From assembly GCA_963706595.1 (NCBI GenBank), contig OY970166.1:1536001-1600000 (forward strand): 64,000 nt of DNA. The letters are read 5' to 3'. Shown piece after piece: positions 40,968-50,479 of the stretch. The first letter of the stretch is position 1, and the number at the start of each line of letters is the position of its first letter. Both the position numbers and the translations under genes were made by a program. This stretch comes from an uncultured cyanobacterium (GTDB lineage: Bacteria > Cyanobacteriota > Cyanobacteriia > Cyanobacteriales > Nostocaceae). Under the pieces are notes generated by a model. The model saw only the letters and a program-made list of their open reading frames with translations. It had not been told where the DNA came from and ran no database searches.

Positions 40968-41627
40968 ATGAAAAATTATGCTGACACACAGGAATTAATA
41001 TTAAGCCAAATCAAAGATAAATTTTGTCAGCGTAGAGATTTTAGTGGCTGTGACTTAAGCGGAATTGACTTGACAGGAGTTGATTTAAGTGGTGTTAACT
41101 TGATGAGAGCCGACTTACGTGGGGCAAATTTGTCTGGTTCTAACCTCACGGAAACTAAGCTGAATGGTGCAAATTTAATCCAAGCTATTTTACGCAAAGC
41201 TAATTTATCTCAGGCTGATTTGTTTTCAGCTAATTTATCTGAGGCTGATTTAAGCTATGCTAATTTGTGCCGTTCCTGCTTGCGGCGATCGCAATGCAGC
41301 CACATTAACCTCTGGGGGGCTTCTTTATGCGATACAGATTTAACTGAAGCCGACCTGAGCGCCGCTATATTAATTGAAGCTTCCTTGATTTCAGCTAATT
41401 TATGTAGAGCAAATCTCGCCGGAGCCAAGCTATGTGGGGCGACATTGCTTGAAGCTAATTTAACTAAGGTCAACTTCACTAATGCAGACCTGACATCGGC
41501 AAACTTAACTAAGGCTAACTTGAGTGAGGCTAATCTGTGGGAGACAAAAATTAGTTATGCCAAATTGCGCGACACTATTATGCCTAATGGTACAATTCGC
41601 GCTCCTCAGATGATGATTATTGATTAA
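40968..41627 (+). CDS. fraF: Pentapeptide-repeat protein, FraF by position
   Basis: A(D/N)LxX repeats; tail-to-tail with fraE (4-bp overlap), as in Anabaena PCC 7120. Confidence 0.75.
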   Translation: MKNYADTQELILSQIKDKFCQRRDFSGCDLSGIDLTGVDLSGVNLMRADLRGANLSGSNLTETKLNGANLIQAILRKANLSQADLFSANLSEADLSYANLCRSCLRRSQCSHINLWGASLCDTDLTEADLSAAILIEASLISANLCRANLAGAKLCGATLLEANLTKVNFTNADLTSANLTKANLSEANLWETKISYAKLRDTIMPNGTIRAPQMMIID

Positions 41628-42403
41628 AACTCACGTCGCGAGAAAATAAAATTAGCGATCGCTAACAGCATGAAACTATAAAATAAGCCATAGCCGACAC
41701 TGGTAATCAGTGCAGTGGCATCAGGTAAGGCTCGTAAGCCATAAACAGCATCATTTTTTAAATCTAATCGAGTTAAATCTGGCAAGATGAGGTACATTCC
41801 TTGAGTAATGCGTTCAATGAACGGGTTGCTACTGAGACGACCCAAATTGACTAAATCTGGAGTAATATTCCCCATTAAGTAGACTGCAAATGTTAACGTC
41901 ACGGCTAACAGAGAACTGGTAAATACACCGAAGGTAATCGCAATAGCAGTGATTAAAGATAACTGCAAACTCAAAAATGTGGCGGCAATTAAAATGCTGA
42001 GAACTGAATGGGGAATATTCGCAACCTGCAAAAATCCTAAATAAATTCCTGTCATTGCGGCTACAAGTACAGCCAGCACAAGGGATAAACCCAAGAATTT
42101 GCCAGCAAGAATTTCACTGCGGCTCACAGGTTTAGCAATTAATACTAAGATAGTCCGTTTGTCAATTTCTTTATTAACCAGTCCAGTCCCCACAAAGATG
42201 GCAACAATTAAAGTCACAATACTCATTGTTCCCAGACCAAAGTCTAAAAACATTTTATCTTCAGTTGCAGCTGCAAATTCAGGTAATACGCGCCAAGCCA
42301 CGGCAAGTATGAGGGCATAAAACCCGATAATATACAGAATGCGATCGCGCACCATTTCCTGAAATACATTCTTAGCAATCACAAAAACTCTACCGAAATT
42401 CAT
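41624..42403 (-). CDS. fraE: FraE, ABC-permease-like membrane protein
   Basis: EIDKRTILVLIAKPVSR; third gene of the fraCDE cluster. Confidence 0.85.
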   Translation of the reverse strand: MNFGRVFVIAKNVFQEMVRDRILYIIGFYALILAVAWRVLPEFAAATEDKMFLDFGLGTMSIVTLIVAIFVGTGLVNKEIDKRTILVLIAKPVSRSEILAGKFLGLSLVLAVLVAAMTGIYLGFLQVANIPHSVLSILIAATFLSLQLSLITAIAITFGVFTSSLLAVTLTFAVYLMGNITPDLVNLGRLSSNPFIERITQGMYLILPDLTRLDLKNDAVYGLRALPDATALITSVGYGLFYSFMLLAIANFIFSRREF

Positions 42404-42454
42404 GGCTTTTTAGTTAAGACTCAACTATCACTTCAATTATTCCCCAATTTACCC

Positions 42455-43552
42455 TCACCGTTGCGCTGGTGGCTGATCCGCAATAAATTTATTCAAGCGA
42501 TCGCATTCAATTTCCGCCACTGTATTTTGCGCCTCCACTTCGCCCAGAGTGATTCGCGAACTTGTCGCCGATACTGCTATGGGTTCAACCCGACAAGATT
42601 TTTGCAGATAATACCCCTGGGGATTAGAACTTGGTCCCATCCAGACACTTAATAAATCTAATCTATATCCAGATTTAATATTAGCTACACGGGCATCAAC
42701 ACGCCATAATTTTCTTTCTTCATATTGTCCTAGTTTCTGTTCTATAACTTGATTTCCTAAGTTTCCTACTTCCTTTGTTGCGTCTAACAACCATCTTTCG
42801 ACTTGTGACCAAGGTGATTTATTTAATTGTTTTTCTACTCTTATTTGGAGTTCATCGAGGATAGCCACACCATTTTCTGGAATTTTTTGAACTTCTTGTT
42901 TTACTGTGGTTTCGGGTTGAGTTTCAGTTTCAGTTGCAGGTTCAACTGCGATTTCAGGTGCTACCATTCTGACCACAAAGGTACTACGCTCAAAATTATC
43001 TGTGAGTAAGCTGGGATATTGTGTTAACCAATTGTCCATGACAAAGTAAAACTGAATCCAGCAACTTATGACCATACAACTAGCTACTAAAACTATAACT
43101 TTTTCCCGAACTTCTGGTTTAGGAAGTTTGGCTGTAGTCTTGGTATCAGTACCTTCAATAAAATCTGGAAGCGCTGTAATTATTGCCGAAATTGTCGGCC
43201 AAAGTACAATTGTTCTCGCTGTAATTACATCCGTTGAATTACCAAAGGCAAAAACACTAACTAAAAATCCAGTTATTACCGCTCCTACTGGCATAAAAGT
43301 ACCAGGAACCCTTAAAGGATCATCGGTTGTGTACCAAGCTGTACCAGCAATTAAAAACAACCACCCTAAAAATGCAATGATACTTTTTACATAACCTACA
43401 GCCAAAAATGAAAGAGTCCAAGAAAAAACACTTAAATAAATAAATGTCTGCCAGGAATAAGCTTTGGGAGGAGTTAATAACTTGATAATTCCCTCATAAA
43501 TCCCGACAAAGAAACTCAAAAATCCCAAAACATCTTTAAATAATGTTTGCAT
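42455..43552 (-). CDS. fraD: Septal junction protein FraD
   Basis: Five N-terminal TM segments (YSWQT, WIQFYF) and a periplasmic domain; lies between fraC and fraE. Confidence 0.88.
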   Translation of the reverse strand: MQTLFKDVLGFLSFFVGIYEGIIKLLTPPKAYSWQTFIYLSVFSWTLSFLAVGYVKSIIAFLGWLFLIAGTAWYTTDDPLRVPGTFMPVGAVITGFLVSVFAFGNSTDVITARTIVLWPTISAIITALPDFIEGTDTKTTAKLPKPEVREKVIVLVASCMVISCWIQFYFVMDNWLTQYPSLLTDNFERSTFVVRMVAPEIAVEPATETETQPETTVKQEVQKIPENGVAILDELQIRVEKQLNKSPWSQVERWLLDATKEVGNLGNQVIEQKLGQYEERKLWRVDARVANIKSGYRLDLLSVWMGPSSNPQGYYLQKSCRVEPIAVSATSSRITLGEVEAQNTVAEIECDRLNKFIADQPPAQR

Positions 43553-43614
43553 CCTTCACACCTCTAATAAATTCTCAAGTTTATGACTTTTTTTGGTAAA
43601 AATTTCCACTAATT

Positions 43615-44160
43615 CTATTTCTGCCCCAAAAATATAATCAGGGTAATGACACTATAACTCAGCGAATTGGCTATCAATATAGTGGTAACTAAATTGGTAC
43701 TTTGCAATCTAGCAACGCTGGTGCGCCTCGATTTTAAGCGATTATTTTCGGGTGTGTTCTCAGGGATTTTCAAGAAATCTTCTTTTAATGACATGACAAA
43801 AAATCTTAAAAGAAAGAATTTCATGAAGAATGTGATAAAGAAAATTATAAAAGCAGTTAAAATCAGGAAAGCTTGGGTATTAGCTGACCTGAATGTATGG
43901 AAAAATATGTAACTGATTAATTCTGATTTTAAATTTATCGGTAATATTGGTTCTAGGACAAAAAATATAATCCAACCAATAGTACTAGAAAAAAGATTTA
44001 TGGATGTAGCATAAAAAATACTAGTTTTTTTGTCAAATTTAAGCCTTTTGTGGAAAACATAAGCTTCTATGGGAATGGCAGTCAGTAAAAACAAAAATTC
44101 CAACAAAATTACACCGACAGGCAGAATTCTAGGAATAGTGATATCTCCAAGTCCAAGCAT
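43615..44160 (-). CDS. fraC: Filament integrity protein FraC
   Basis: [14 protein letters not shown]...SINLFS..GW...ANSLSYS. Confidence 0.9.
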   Translation of the reverse strand: MLGLGDITIPRILPVGVILLEFLFLLTAIPIEAYVFHKRLKFDKKTSIFYATSINLFSSTIGWIIFFVLEPILPINLKSELISYIFFHTFRSANTQAFLILTAFIIFFITFFMKFFLLRFFVMSLKEDFLKIPENTPENNRLKSRRTSVARLQSTNLVTTILIANSLSYSVITLIIFLGQK

Positions 44161-44422
44161 AAAGTGTCAAGAGTAAAGGTGAACGTTAGCGAGTATAACT
44201 GAGATCAGTAGGTCTGATGGGTTCAATTATCTCATTGTTATTGTTCAAAATCATCCAAGTGTGCAAGTATAACTCTGGTTATTCTGGATGATCGAAAAAT
44301 TTGAGATTTGGGATTTGGGATTGGGAATTTTCGGGACAAGCCCGCCTCTTCAGGGCAGAATTAATCCCAAATACTCGCGGCGCTGCGTACGCTTGGCTAA
44401 CGTAAATCGAAAATTGATTGAC

Positions 44423-44816
44423 CAGAGAACGAGACGCAAGTCCCTGGCTTCAGACATGGGGATAAGTCGGAAGCGACTTTAGTCGCATTCAGGAGTGGTT
44501 ATTGGTATAATGGGAAAAAGTGAGTAAGAATAACCATCTACGTGATGATACATCCTAGTGCGGAGAAATCCCGGCAACGGACATATCCAACTTGATTTGG
44601 AATAGTTAAAGGGCAAATAATGGCAGGATGTTGAGCGTACCTAACTGGCGTGGTGATGGACTCGGAAAACATTAAAACCTAAAAAGTAAGCGCAATTACA
44701 GCATCGTAGATCCCGGTAGTTGTTTTGAGCGTCTAGGGTGTTTTTGCCAGCACCATTGAAAGTTTGCTTGCGGACTCTTCAAGAATCCCCCGGCTTTAGA
44801 CGTGGAGAGATGTCAA
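44423..44816 (+). mobile_element. Protein-free IS200/IS605-derived element (PATE/MITE) carrying a structured RNA
   Basis: TTGAC target then left end with guide CAAG and hairpin; right end with guide GAAT, hairpin and TCAA; no ORF of 60 aa or more starts inside it. Confidence 0.85.
44503..44511 (+). promoter_or_regulatory. Extended -10 promoter (TGGTATAAT) inside the element
   Basis: Perfect TGnTATAAT, at the same relative position as the tnpB promoter of the 3398-4697 element. Confidence 0.7.
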
Positions 44817-44836
44817 TAAGCTATGTTCCTCTTGAG
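44518..44836 (+). ncRNA. Putative stand-alone omega-RNA-like transcript (scaffold to 44816 plus a flank-derived guide)
   Basis: Nested long-range pairings and a pseudoknot-like pairing of 44725-34 with 44808-16. Confidence 0.55.
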
Positions 44837-44897
44837 GTGAGAGGCTTCGGCATTTCAAGGTAAAATTAGGGATTGCCACGTTACAGCTTTTCAAGAG

Positions 44898-46034
44898 ATG
44901 ACAAGGAACGGCATCGGTATTCGCACGGCGCAAGTGCGTCCTGAACGGCTCACAGGTCAAATTCACATTTACGATGGAGTGGGTAAAGGTAAGTCTCAAG
45001 CGGCTTTAGGGGTAGTTTTGCGCTCAATTGGCTTGGGAATAAATACACCGGGCGATTCGGGTCGCGTCTTACTGTTGCGGTTTTTAAAGGGGCCAGAACG
45101 TGATTATGATGAAGATGGAGCGATCGCAGCTTTACAGCGTGGTTTTCCCCATTTAATTGATCAGGTTCGCACTGGGAGAGCCGAATTTTTTGGACCAGAG
45201 GAAATTACTCCCTTTGACCGAGAAGAAGCAGCAAGGGGTTGGGATGTAGCCAAAGGTGCGATCGCCTCTGGTTTATATTCAGTTGTGGTTTTAGATGAAA
45301 TTAACCCAGTTCTAGACTTGGGTTTGCTACCAGTGGATGAGGTGGTACGGACATTAAAATCCAAACCTCACGAATTAGAAATCATCGCCACTGGACGCGC
45401 CGCACCACAAAATTTGCTCGATATTGCCGATTTGCATTCGGAAATGAAACCCCAAGACCACCCCAGAGCAAAAGAACTGTTGCTTGAGGGGATTGAAATT
45501 TATACTGGTGCGGGGAAAGGTAAATCTACCAGCGCTTTAGGTAAAGCATTAAAAGCCATTGGTCGGGGAATTAATCATCCAGGGTCTACCCGCGTGTTGA
45601 TTATGCAATGGCTTAAAGGTGGTAGTGGCTACACAGAAGATGCAGCGATCGCGGCTTTACAGCAATCATATCCAGAGGTGGTAGATCATCAACGTTGTGG
45701 TCGAGATGCGATTGTTTGGCGCAATTGTCGCCAAGAATTGGACTATGTAGAAGCCGAAAGAGGTTGGGAAATTGCCAAAACGGCGATCGCCTCTGGATTG
45801 TATAAAACCATCATTCTCGATGAACTCAACCCCACAGTTGATTTAGAACTACTTCCCGTTGAACCCATTGTCCAAGCCTTACTTCACAAACCCCGCGATA
45901 CGGAAGTCATTATCACTGGTCGCTGTCAAAATCAACCAGCTTACTTCGATTTAGCCAGTGTTCACTCTGAGGTATACTGTCACAAACATTATGCCAATCA
46001 AGGTGTAGAACTGAAACGCGGAGTAGATTTTTAA
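44898..46034 (+). CDS. cobO: Cob(I)yrinic acid a,c-diamide adenosyltransferase (tandem CobA/BtuR domains)
   Basis: Two GxGKGKS P-loops, LDE(I/L)N and TGR motifs. Confidence 0.93.
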   Translation: MTRNGIGIRTAQVRPERLTGQIHIYDGVGKGKSQAALGVVLRSIGLGINTPGDSGRVLLLRFLKGPERDYDEDGAIAALQRGFPHLIDQVRTGRAEFFGPEEITPFDREEAARGWDVAKGAIASGLYSVVVLDEINPVLDLGLLPVDEVVRTLKSKPHELEIIATGRAAPQNLLDIADLHSEMKPQDHPRAKELLLEGIEIYTGAGKGKSTSALGKALKAIGRGINHPGSTRVLIMQWLKGGSGYTEDAAIAALQQSYPEVVDHQRCGRDAIVWRNCRQELDYVEAERGWEIAKTAIASGLYKTIILDELNPTVDLELLPVEPIVQALLHKPRDTEVIITGRCQNQPAYFDLASVHSEVYCHKHYANQGVELKRGVDF

Positions 46035-46083
46035 CAGTTGTCAGTTACCAGTTAAGAGAAATAGTTGCGTCGAAATTCTTTAC

Positions 46084-46177
46084 TAGACATCTGGTGAAAA
46101 TAAAATATGCGTGATCACAGAACCGTTGTAGAGACGTTCCATGGAACGTCTCTATCTTCTTTGTCACCAGATGTCTA
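46084..46177. mobile_element. MITE with 14-bp TIR (TAGACATCTGGTGA) containing a 26-bp perfect palindrome
   Basis: TIR 46084-97/46164-77; palindrome 46129-46154. Confidence 0.8.
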
Positions 46178-46191
46178 CTACATTGGTGTGA

Positions 46192-46297
46192 TATAGCAAT
46201 TCCCATTCACGTGAGGTACAAGCACTAATAATTAAACGCAGATGGACGCAGATAAACGCAGATAATTTTGTACTTGATTAGACTGGTAAATGCTATA
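46192..46297. repeat. 106-bp MITE-like repeat, copy 2
   Basis: Similar to 27479-27584. Confidence 0.8.
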
Positions 46298-46330
46298 ACT
46301 GTTCACTGTTCACTGATTTAATTACTCACT

Positions 46331-46459
46331 ATGGAAAACAGCAACTTACTTGATTTAATCACCGGAGGATTGGCGATCGCTATTCTCATCGGCGGGATGT
46401 TAATGATGTTTACCACTGTATTTTCCACCAAATTTAATACCAAGAAAGGTAAAAAATAG
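46331..46459 (+). CDS. Small single-TM protein (42 aa), below the ORF-track cutoff
   Basis: MENSNLLDLITGGLAIAILIGGMLMMFTTVFSTKFNTKKGKK; basic tail; HIP1 read in frame as AIA. Confidence 0.7.
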   Translation: MENSNLLDLITGGLAIAILIGGMLMMFTTVFSTKFNTKKGKK

Positions 46460-46482
46460 GGTCATTGGTCATTGGTTATTGG

Positions 46483-48066
46483 TCATTGGTCATTGTCCCA
46501 CTGTGGAAAAACTTGAATTAATTGGTGTTTTTGGACAGTACCAATCACTTGGTGAGGTGTGGTTAACTTCGCCGCCTGGGTTGCAGAAATCCAAGCATAG
46601 CTAGAAGCTGGTAATTCGGTAATTGAGTTGACTGGTTTACCATGAACGGGAGTGTAGAAATTCAGTAATACCGCAGTTTTGCCGTCTATCTGCAAAAAAT
46701 AAATCGGATGATTTTGGAGAATTGAGGCGATCGCAGGCTGTTGCAGAAAAACTCTCACATCCGGGTTATAGTCACTAAATAAGCCGAGACCACCAGCCAC
46801 AGCCAAAGCTAGCCAACAAGGAATTAACCAACCCGCCAGCCAATAACGAGCTGTGAGAAACTTTTGCTCAAAGTGGTAACGACCAATCCACACCATAGGC
46901 AAAATTAGCCAACCTAACCCCATAATTAAGCCCAGGGTGGCGTACTTGCGAAGCTGAACGTCATCCACCACCATTAAAATAATTATCCCTGCTAGCATCA
47001 ATAAAATGCCCAATCCACCAAAGGCATAACTGAGATTACGAGGAAGTTTCTTGATTTCCCCATCGCCCCATTTCCCCAACCAACTTAAACCCACAGCCGC
47101 CAGCATGGCGATGAAGGGGTAAAGACAAAGGCTATAGTGAGACAGACGAGTGGAGAAAAAACTCAGTTCAGCAAACAGCGTCACAGGGAAACCAACTAAT
47201 ATCAATTGGTAACGGGGAATGGGACGGCGAATTAGTAAAATTACGCCTAAAAGACTTAAAAAGAACCAAGGAAAAGCTTTAATCGGCACATTCCACAAAT
47301 AGAATATCATGCCATTGCCATCACGCTCACTAGATCCCAACTGAAAAACAAACCTGAATAATTCTTCATAACTATCATTGCCATAGCGCATCCAGTTCAG
47401 CCATAGCCAAGTTAAGGTAGGAATTAAACCAACTCCAAAACCTACATATAAACAAGGGTTGCTCAGATGACGATGACGGCGATGTTCCCCAATTAAATAA
47501 GGTAATAAAGCGACAATTGGCAGAAAAATCATCAAGCTTCTGACTAACAAGCCTAAACCCAAACTGAAGCCAGCTAGAAAAGTCCAAAAATAGCCATATT
47601 TAGGATGTAGTTCGGCTTTTAAAAAAGACCAAATAGCTAACAATACCAAAAATATCATGGGGACATCTGGTGTACCTAAGCGGCAATATTGCAGCCAGAG
47701 AAACTGCACACTTAAAATTAAGCCAGCTAGCCAAGCCAATTTTTGATTGAGCAGAATTTTGGCAATTTCATATATTAGTAAGACGCTGAAAATACCAATA
47801 ATCATGCTAGGTAATCGCACACTAGCTTCACTGATCCCAAATAACTGGTAGGAAATGGCAATTAGCCAATAAGGACCGGGGGTTTTATGATGAACAGTAC
47901 CCCAAGGCGCTATCCAATCGCCGGATTCAAACATCACACGCGATCGCCTGGCGTAAAGCCCTTCATCATGCGCCATCAGGCTATTATCCCCAGAACTGAA
48001 TAGCAATAAGGGGAGTATCCACAGCAGTAAACTGATATAAGGAAATAAACGCCATCTATACAACAT
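46483..48066 (-). CDS. ArnT/PMT-like (GT83/GT39-type) membrane glycosyltransferase
   Basis: HDEGLY...KTPGPYW...RLPS; many TM segments. Confidence 0.9.
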   Translation of the reverse strand: MLYRWRLFPYISLLLWILPLLLFSSGDNSLMAHDEGLYARRSRVMFESGDWIAPWGTVHHKTPGPYWLIAISYQLFGISEASVRLPSMIIGIFSVLLIYEIAKILLNQKLAWLAGLILSVQFLWLQYCRLGTPDVPMIFLVLLAIWSFLKAELHPKYGYFWTFLAGFSLGLGLLVRSLMIFLPIVALLPYLIGEHRRHRHLSNPCLYVGFGVGLIPTLTWLWLNWMRYGNDSYEELFRFVFQLGSSERDGNGMIFYLWNVPIKAFPWFFLSLLGVILLIRRPIPRYQLILVGFPVTLFAELSFFSTRLSHYSLCLYPFIAMLAAVGLSWLGKWGDGEIKKLPRNLSYAFGGLGILLMLAGIIILMVVDDVQLRKYATLGLIMGLGWLILPMVWIGRYHFEQKFLTARYWLAGWLIPCWLALAVAGGLGLFSDYNPDVRVFLQQPAIASILQNHPIYFLQIDGKTAVLLNFYTPVHGKPVNSITELPASSYAWISATQAAKLTTPHQVIGTVQKHQLIQVFPQWDNDQ

Positions 48067-48086
48067 TGAATTCAGAATAAACCTTG

Positions 48087-48740
48087 ATGATACTCAAACC
48101 GGACCAACGCCAGAAATTAGACGATACAGACGACAAGCTATTTTACGACTATCCCCGCTTTGTCACTCATGTCGATGATGGATTTATTCAACAGCTCACG
48201 GATTTATATCGCGATCGCCTCAAACCGGACACGCGGATCTTAGATATGATGAGCAGTTGGGTGTCTCATCTCCCCGCCGAGATGGAATTTGCCCATGTTG
48301 AGGGACACGGACTCAACGCCGAGGAGTTAGCCCGTAATCGGCGTTTAAATCATTATTTTGTCCAGAATCTCAATGATCAACCTCAACTACCCCTACCAGA
48401 CCAAAGTTTTGATGCGGTTCTCAATTGCGTTTCTGTACAGTATATGCAGTATCCAGAGGCCATATTTGCCGAAATTCATCGTCTTCTCAAACCCGGCGGG
48501 ATCGCAATTATCAGCTTTTCTAACCGGATGTTTTTCCAAAAAGCGATTCAAGCTTGGCGAGACGCAGCAGAAACAACTAGGGTGGAATTAGTCAAGCACT
48601 ACTTCACCTCAGTCCCTGGATTTACAGTTCCAGAGGTCATTGTGAATAAATCCACCGCACCGAATTTTTTACAGTGGTTAGGTGCTGGCGGAGGAGACCC
48701 ATTCTATGCTGTAATAGCACACCGCACAGATCAAAGTTAA
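48087..48740 (+). CDS. Class I SAM-dependent methyltransferase
   Basis: ILDMMSSW, SFDAVL, RLLKPGG, FSNRMF motifs. Confidence 0.9.
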   Translation: MILKPDQRQKLDDTDDKLFYDYPRFVTHVDDGFIQQLTDLYRDRLKPDTRILDMMSSWVSHLPAEMEFAHVEGHGLNAEELARNRRLNHYFVQNLNDQPQLPLPDQSFDAVLNCVSVQYMQYPEAIFAEIHRLLKPGGIAIISFSNRMFFQKAIQAWRDAAETTRVELVKHYFTSVPGFTVPEVIVNKSTAPNFLQWLGAGGGDPFYAVIAHRTDQS

Positions 48741-48760
48741 AACATCAGGAACAACCGAAA

Positions 48761-49273
48761 ATGAATTTTGCTCGCGTGTCTAAAATTTTACCCGCTTTGT
48801 TATTGTCAGTGTTACTACTGACCACCGCTTGTACTCCCCAAGAACCCGGTCGTTTTGATCAGGTACAGCAAGAAAGTACCCAACAAAAAAGAGGTCAAGC
48901 AGTTGTCGAAAATGCTACTCAAGGTGGAGAATTTAATAAATTCTTTCCGGCGGCTGGTGATGGCTACGAGCGAGTATTTACCCAAGAGAAAAAAGGTTTT
49001 GCAGAAGCTAAATTAAAGAAAGATGGTAAAGATTTAGCGATGTTAGCTGTTTCTGATACCGCCAGCACACCGACAACAGCCGCCAGCTATTCTAATAGCA
49101 CCACAAAAATTGCTGGTTATCCAGCGCGGGAAATTGGCAATACTCAAACAGCAGTATTAGTAAATGACCGCTACCAAGTAAAAGTATTATCCCGTGATCC
49201 GTCATTTACGTCCAGCGATCGCGCCGATTGGATCGAGAAATTTAATCTTGATGGTCTAGCTACATTGAAATAA
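48761..49273 (+). CDS. Conserved lipoprotein
   Basis: Lipobox LTTAC; FTQEKKGFAEAKL. Confidence 0.8.
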   Translation: MNFARVSKILPALLLSVLLLTTACTPQEPGRFDQVQQESTQQKRGQAVVENATQGGEFNKFFPAAGDGYERVFTQEKKGFAEAKLKKDGKDLAMLAVSDTASTPTTAASYSNSTTKIAGYPAREIGNTQTAVLVNDRYQVKVLSRDPSFTSSDRADWIEKFNLDGLATLK

Positions 49274-49314
49274 GTTTAACTACGCTGAGTAAAAACCTCA
49301 ATAAGGAGATTCTG

Positions 49315-50202
49315 GTGAACAAACCAATTTTTGAATTACTTGATGAACTTCCCACTAGCAACTTGACAATTTCCATGTTGAACGCCCTGGATTTTGTCGC
49401 TCCCGGACAGTGGGAAAATACTGTAGGCTTTGTCAATACTATTAAGAAGGTGACTGGTGAAACTGATGAAGATTTAATTCAGCAAATTGGTGAAAGAGCG
49501 ATTTATCTTTACAATGATCGCTCTCAAGGATACCAACGAGCGATGTGGCTTTATCAAACTGTAGACAAGACAGATAAAGCCCTGGGTGCAGCCGCCTTGG
49601 CTAACAAAGTTGGTGAAAAAATTCCTCTCTTGGGTTTTTTAAACAACATGACTCCCAAGGCCGACAAAGCCCAAACTATTGATTTGTGTCTAAAATTAGT
49701 GGTAGAATTAGTGGCTTTCTGCCAAATTAATGGGATTCCCGGAGACAGTATCGGGGATTTTGTCGCTTCTTTGGGTGAATATAGTGGTGAGTCGCTGATT
49801 CGGATGGTGGCTTTAGTTTGTGTTGATGGTTTAATCCCTCTAGGGCCAAACTTCATTGACAAGGCGTTATCTGGAATTAATCAGATGAATCCCCAGGAGT
49901 TAGAAAAAAATTCCACTTTTCAAGGTATCCAAGATGCAATTCCCGGTAACAACGCTAGCAGTAAATTAAACTTTATCGGCGAAAGTTTTGACTCCGTTAA
50001 AGGTTGGATGGGTGGGCTAGTTACCCAAAATAATTTAACACCACAAAAAGTAGTTGGCAATTTGCAAAGTTTTGTACAACTAACTGATGATAAGTTAGAT
50101 TATCTAGCTGCTTTTTTAGATGTAGCCACCAATTACTATGAACACACTGGGACACAAACTTTGGCACATCGCTTGATTGAACGAGCTGTAGCTGAAATTT
50201 AA
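49315..50202 (+). CDS. Conserved hypothetical protein
   Basis: AAGGAG RBS, GTG start; co-oriented with the lipoprotein gene. Confidence 0.85.
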   Translation: MNKPIFELLDELPTSNLTISMLNALDFVAPGQWENTVGFVNTIKKVTGETDEDLIQQIGERAIYLYNDRSQGYQRAMWLYQTVDKTDKALGAAALANKVGEKIPLLGFLNNMTPKADKAQTIDLCLKLVVELVAFCQINGIPGDSIGDFVASLGEYSGESLIRMVALVCVDGLIPLGPNFIDKALSGINQMNPQELEKNSTFQGIQDAIPGNNASSKLNFIGESFDSVKGWMGGLVTQNNLTPQKVVGNLQSFVQLTDDKLDYLAAFLDVATNYYEHTGTQTLAHRLIERAVAEI

Positions 50203-50479
50203 TCAGTTTGACTCCAGCAATTTGCAAGTAAATGAAGCACACATCTTAATAGTATAAATTTTGTGGGGTGGGCATACTTCGGCAAGTGTTACAGTGAGCT
50301 TGCCGAACTGCTCAGTACAAGTCTTGCCCGCCTTGATGTGAAATATAATTTGACAACGAAAAGCGCAACTGCATTGTTGTTGTTCAGTATTTTTAGGTAT
50401 TTTTATCAAAAAATTTGATATTGGTACAAGTATATGGGGAATAATAAAAAAAGAAACAATAACTGTGAGCGACGTTACA

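Noticed and set aside
44423..44816. Group I intron (IStron) or cobalamin riboswitch upstream of cobO
   Set aside because: I could not find group I P7/J8-7 core motifs or a B12-box; the IS-type ends explain the boundaries better
44898..46034. Duplicated CobA domain as a novelty
   Set aside because: The tandem-domain form is, to my knowledge, usual in cyanobacteria
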